Assembly (NCBI GenBank): GCA_001600815.1
Contig: BCKZ01000003.1
Location: forward strand, 124,001-188,000
Source of the DNA: Alloascoidea hylecoeti
Lineage: Eukaryota
Length of the DNA: 64,000 bases
Direction of reading: 5' to 3'
Position numbers and translations under genes: made by a program. This document shows, in pieces, positions 58,716 through 64,000 of the stretch. Position 1 is the stretch's first letter, and every line of letters begins with the position of its first letter. Under the pieces are notes generated by a model. The model was not told the DNA's origin. It saw only the letters and a program-made list of their open reading frames with translations, and made no database searches.

Positions 58716-61700
58716 AATAAATGAGCTCAAGTAAGAGCCTAAAGGATCCGGAGTTAGCTAGTTAATCTTAAAAGGCCTGAGCTTGAAAATCATTTAACGC
58801 TAGCTATATGGCATTAAATTCCTTCAGCATATGTATACCATTAATTGTAACTAGATCTGTAACATTGACAATTGAATTTATCTCTATGCTGCATGATAAA
58901 TGTATACAATTGCAATTATAAGGTACCAACCTTGCAAATGCAATTGAAGATGATGTCTTAATTATAAGCTTTCTGTTTTAACGGCTCTTGATCAGCCGCT
59001 CTTCTCATACACGATCACCTATAGCTATAGCGCTAGCTATGGCAGAAGTCATTATAATTATCACTATATATAGATATATATGGACTTATATCATTCAGCT
59101 GAAATTCGAATTATAATTGCCTTCAGTATGAAAAGTTAAATAAAGATATCTGACGTAATCATCATGTAATATCTATTGCTATATTAATTTCAATTACTGT
59201 AGTTAGAATATCTTGACCATGAATTATCTATGATAAAGATTTTATATCACGATATAATTATGAGCATGTGCTAACGCTACATGTCATAAATTTGAATGAT
59301 TACTACTATTATTAGTGTATATATCAAGCTATTATTATTATAAATATTTTGGTGTCAATTTTCTCGGTCGAATCCACGTTTAATTAGTATCAATATTTCA
59401 TGATTAGCTATCTAGATATATAAGTGGATGAGAATTTGTATTCATTGATTATATCATCTAGCCAGAATTTCTTGGATCGTTGAATAACTAATATTAATTA
59501 TTAGCGTTCCTCACTTAGTTTGATTCATGGGTCATGTTTGCGTAATTGAGATCGGATATTCATAGACACAAAATAATTGCAATTGTAATACAACCTCACA
59601 TGCCTAGCTATAGCTAGCTATACAGGTCTATATAATTTAACAAATATAAGGTATATATTAATGTCCTTAATATTATATTCTCATATAATTCAATTGTTTT
59701 TATTAAAGGTTTTAGGGGGGAATATATTTATAGAGGTATGCATGTAACTTACGTATACTCGATCTGATTGTCAGATTATATCGGAATATAAAAGCAAATT
59801 AACATTATAAACATTAATTTTATTGCTATAATAATATCATAGCTGTCTTCATATATAATTAGATAATTAATAATAAACCATAGGCGCTATATAAGTATAT
59901 ATCAATTTTGAAATTGAAAGCTTAAGCCTTCTAATTTTAAAAGACAATATACAACTGAATTCCCAAGGATCATACAAGTATATACAATTGCAAACTCATG
60001 ATATATATACTACAATGATTATTATATGCATAACTACCTAATACTTATATAATGCTTTTTGACTAGAAATTTATAGCATACCTTATAATACTTAACTTTA
60101 AGGTTATAATTAAAAACTCATACCTAATACGTACCTATGCATATGGTTATCCATTTCTTTATTTTCAAACTTCAAATATTATTTCAACTTCGCTATAATT
60201 ATTTATAAACAATTGGAAATCTAGAGCTAGCTAGCATATGCATATAGCTATGCTTACAGATATAGCTATAGTATTAATTAAACATATGTCATTAATACTA
60301 ATGTGTTCAGCGTTCCGTTTGCAGCCTCAAGGAAAATGTTAAATAATCGTAGATTAGTATAATAAATTTATAATTAGGTGTTATTGTAAAGGTGAAATAT
60401 CCTTAATTTAACTTTAAAACTAGAAGTTTTCAAATGTGACAAATACTAGGTAGTTAATTATAATATTAAGCCATACAATTTGAAAGTCTACCAATATATA
60501 TGTTTATATATAACTTTCAGCTTGCAATTGTACTATTAATATTAATAGTAGCAGATTAATTGCAATTACTGGTTTAGCACATGTAGATGTCCCGCTATCG
60601 GGATTTTCTCTTTGCAGTATTGAGTCTATTGACGCTGAGTAATCCTGTATCTGGAAATAAAAATGATTTCTTTGGTAAAGCTTTTAACAATCAAGAAGCT
60701 AGATGATTATAAAAATATGTTTAAAAATTTGAGTGATTACACTAACTGTAATAAAAAAGAACCTAGCTAGAGGATATATATAAAATTAAATATTGTAACC
60801 TGAAATGATGGCCCATGAGATGAAGGTGAATATTTGAATTCAAAACAATATTTAAGTCTTCTGGCTAGGTTCTTTTTTGTTATCGTCCATGTGCCAATAA
60901 CCGAAGTACACGTAGTAGTAATAACGTTAACTAATAGATACTCAAACTTAAAGGCTTGCAATCCGTATGCATAATCCACCATTACTCTATTGAGAACATT
61001 TAAAAGTGTCCGGCCCGACAGATCTCAATAAGTATGTTTTTATGGTTTATTCATTTCAAAGTTCCAGTATAAATTTTCTTTTAACCTTCACCTGCTCGTT
61101 GATATTTAGAGCTCAATTTCAATATTTCATACGTATATATTCAAAAACAATTAATTGTACCTTAATAAAACTCTGATTTTGCTGATAGAAATGATTTTCA
61201 CATACGGGTCTCGAAAACTCTATACTATGCATATGCAGGTGGATATATACATTTGTTCTTGTAATTGATTATCAATATTAATATTAATACTATATAGTAG
61301 TGTCATTTTCTTACGTTGAATTGTTGTAATGACACCTAATTTTAAATATGAAGAATTAAGATTTATAAAGTTACGTATGCTTATGTGAATTAATATATTT
61401 CTCAGTTACAAATGTTGAAGTATAATCCTTGTATGCATTACTTCTTTTCGTTACATATGCATATAGAGCTAGAGCTAGTTATATGGCTATAGGCTGTTTT
61501 TCCATATACTTATAAATGGTAAATATAATAGTAGATATTAACATAGTATTAATCATTTCTAAATTTATGCTTTCAGCTACCTTATAATTCATTATCATTA
61601 TAAATAACTACAATTGCAAACATTGAAAACTGAAGTGTTAACTATGGCGCCAAAAAATTCATAATTCAAATTTAAATTGGTTAAGTTTAAAATTTTTATT

Positions 61701-62812
61701 AATATTTATAATCGTGAAAATTATAAGGCGAAATTTATCACCCTAAATATGTACTTAGATGTATAAGTTATAGCTTTGTAGTTTTGCATGTACCTTATAT
61801 AATTATAACTTATATTCGGCCCACCACCTATCGATATCCATAAAGTGATTTAAGATGTATCGTTTAATTTACACTCTAGATCACATACAAATTAAATAAC
61901 AAAACCTAATTAGTCTCTATTGTAATTGAAATTTGTATCCGTTTGTAATCCCTTCTAACCATCATCTTCATTGTGGCTGATATGATTTAAGGCTAACTAC
62001 ATATATATTTAGATTCATTATTAATGAAATATGCCCTATTGTAACGTCATGTTTCAATGGTAATCTCAGCGGCATGTTAATTGTGACCAATATATATGCA
62101 TAAATAGCTATTCAAGCCTGATATTAATATAAGAACTTATATATACCATTATAAGTAGGCTACAATCATATTAATATTAATTTCAACAACTTTCCGTCTA
62201 TCTACGTATACATTAATACAACACTTATAAATTTGTTCAACTGCAAGCAGTGTACTAATTATTTCGGGGCAAATTTACATCTCAAAGCGCCAGCTTAAGA
62301 AATTTGGATCCAATTACAGTTTTTAAATTTTCTAATTGCAATTGTTTTACCTTCTTCATTTGTATATTATAATCATTTTCAGCTCATTATGAATATAAAA
62401 ATAATTAATTACACCATATAACCCTTTGCAACTCAATTATAGCCATGGTATTTTTAAATTTAATCGCAAGCGGTTGTATATGGATGGTATCATCAATATT
62501 AATTCCAATGATCTGCATATACATATGGGAAGTTAATTAATAAATTTTATCCTTTAACAGAATTCGAAAATAGATATTTTAAAGAAATCTGACACTTCGT
62601 ATATCGTACAGTCTTAATTTCAGCCATTATTATTATTAATTATTGGTAATTTCAATAACTAATATTCCGTCGGGTTTGGTACCCGAAGCTGTCATATTCA
62701 TATTATTAATGGGTCTTTTTTTTTTTCAAGTGCCCATTAAGGCTCTATCTTAAACTTCTATATCTAGTAATCAGAACGTGACCTAGTGAAAAAAAAAACC
62801 AATAAAAAGTAG

Positions 62813-62900
62813 CTCCCACACAGGGGCTCGAACCCTGGACATTTCGGTCAGCTTCTAACTTTCTAAAAGCCGAACGCTCTACCAACTGAGCTATGCGGGA
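62813..62900 (-). tRNA. tRNA-Lys(UUU) with a 15-nt intron (62849-62863)
   Basis: Minus strand TCCCGCATAGCTCAGTTGGTAGAGCGTTCGGCTTTTA[GAAAGTTAGAAGCTG]ACCGAAATGTCCAGGGTTCGAGCCCCTGTGTGGGAG gives a 73-nt mature cloverleaf with A and B boxes and the intron after position 37; a T5 Pol III terminator follows. Confidence 0.97.
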
Positions 62901-63436
62901 GATTTACAAACGTCAAGGAGGAACTCACGGTCCTATAGCCACCATCAGGTAAAAAAAGGAAAATATATGAAGTTAAAAAAAAAAAGAAAGATCACTATAA
63001 ATAGTAGAGATTTCCTCAGAATATACATAGTTTCTAGTTATATAATCTAATTGGAAAATATATGAAAAGTTAAAAAAAAATTGATTCTACTCCTGAAATA
63101 CATTCCACAGTTCTTGAACTAGCTAGTTCGGGGATATATACAATTATATTGCATTCTTACCGCACATTTAATACCTTAGTATGTTTATTACTTCTAGGAC
63201 TTTTTCTATTAATAGCTTTTGGATTTATCTATATAAGCGTAGGATAAATCCCACTTTAGAGGGAAGTCAGTTTTAATACACTTTTTATCTTGATCTTAAT
63301 AAGCCGAGTATTGGTTGCTTCAGATACATAAGTTATTAACCAGTTCCAACGCTTACCTTACATATCTTAGGTGGATTTTAGCTATGATATTGACAAAATG
63401 AGAGACAATTAAAAAACACAAAAAAGAATCAAAATT

Positions 63437-63930
63437 AATGGTGGTTTGAGTAAAATAAGAACGAACTAAATCTTGTCAGAGAAAGAAGAAAAATATAAAT
63501 ATTTAAATGTCGAGGTTTTTCACTATATGAGTGGTTTCCTCACTTAAATAGTTTCTCGTTTTAATTGGAAATTTTATATAAAAGTAAAAAAGAGTGTTAC
63601 AATTGTCTCACGCATAGTGAGACTTCATCCGTTAATAGAATTTCCTCCTGCCCGGTATTTAAGGATTTTTTTTATTGTTTTACTGTCCCAAGGATTTAGA
63701 TATTAAGATGCCCACTCTATTTTATTTAGCAAAGGCACTGGAATTAAGAAAGAGCATAAGATACAGGGACACAACCGCAAATTTAAATAAAATAGGCTGG
63801 GCATTTTAATATTTAAATCCTTGAGAAAATAAAACAATAAAAAAATAATTTAAAACCAATGGTGGTTTCGATAATCTTATCAGAGAAGGAAGAAAAATAA
63901 ATATGAAAAGGTAGAGGATTTTCACTATAT
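63437..63930. repeat. Diverged direct repeat pair (~63437-63530 and ~63858-63930) upstream of the tRNA gene
   Basis: Shared colinear blocks AATGGTGGTTT, AATCTT(G/A)TCAGAGAA(A/G)GAAGAAAAATA and GAGG(T/A)TTTTCACTATAT. Confidence 0.7.
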
Positions 63931-64000
63931 TTGAGAGTTAATATAATATTTCTGGCGGGTTCTGGCGTATTTGATACTTTTTAATTCTAGATCTAGTGCC

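Noticed and set aside
1..64000. CRISPR arrays, rRNA, snRNA, intact transposons, secondary-metabolite clusters or bacterial-looking genes
   Set aside because: None recognised by eye; all assignable genes are ordinary yeast nuclear genes. Divergent ncRNAs such as telomerase RNA or snoRNAs cannot be excluded without an Infernal/Rfam scan.

Overview
This is eukaryotic fungal nuclear DNA from an AT-rich, intron-rich budding yeast (Saccharomycotina). CTG is read as Leu at conserved positions in Chd1 and Uba1, so it is not a CUG-Ser yeast. An early-diverging lineage is inferred but the species cannot be named from this window. The window holds 23 intact protein-coding genes, mostly housekeeping: PAB1, CHD1, SKG3/CAF120-like, a CYSTM protein, ARG1, a KRE2/MNT1-family mannosyltransferase, MSH3, a CaMK-family kinase, APS3, CBP4, FTH1, ERG1, CTR2, PHO13, enolase, OPI3, STE6, UBA1, HOC1-like, SET2, UGA1, a Myb/SANT protein and ETR1. 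Eleven are spliced; I reconstructed 25 introns by hand and every model closes in frame. There is also an intron-containing tRNA-Lys(UUU) gene and two degraded orphan reading frames. I cannot support a clearly novel multi-gene system. The most unusual signals are: (1) a perfect 36-bp palindrome in the divergent ENO1/OPI3 promoter; (2) a ~5.4-kb tract with no intact gene, AT-rich and dense in short palindromes, ending at the tRNA (candidate centromere or heterochromatin-like element, unproven); (3) metal-regulon-like motifs around CBP4-FTH1-ERG1-CTR2; (4) recurrent AAG splice acceptors and one in-frame stop-free intron; (5) several gene neighbourhoods shared with S. cerevisiae.
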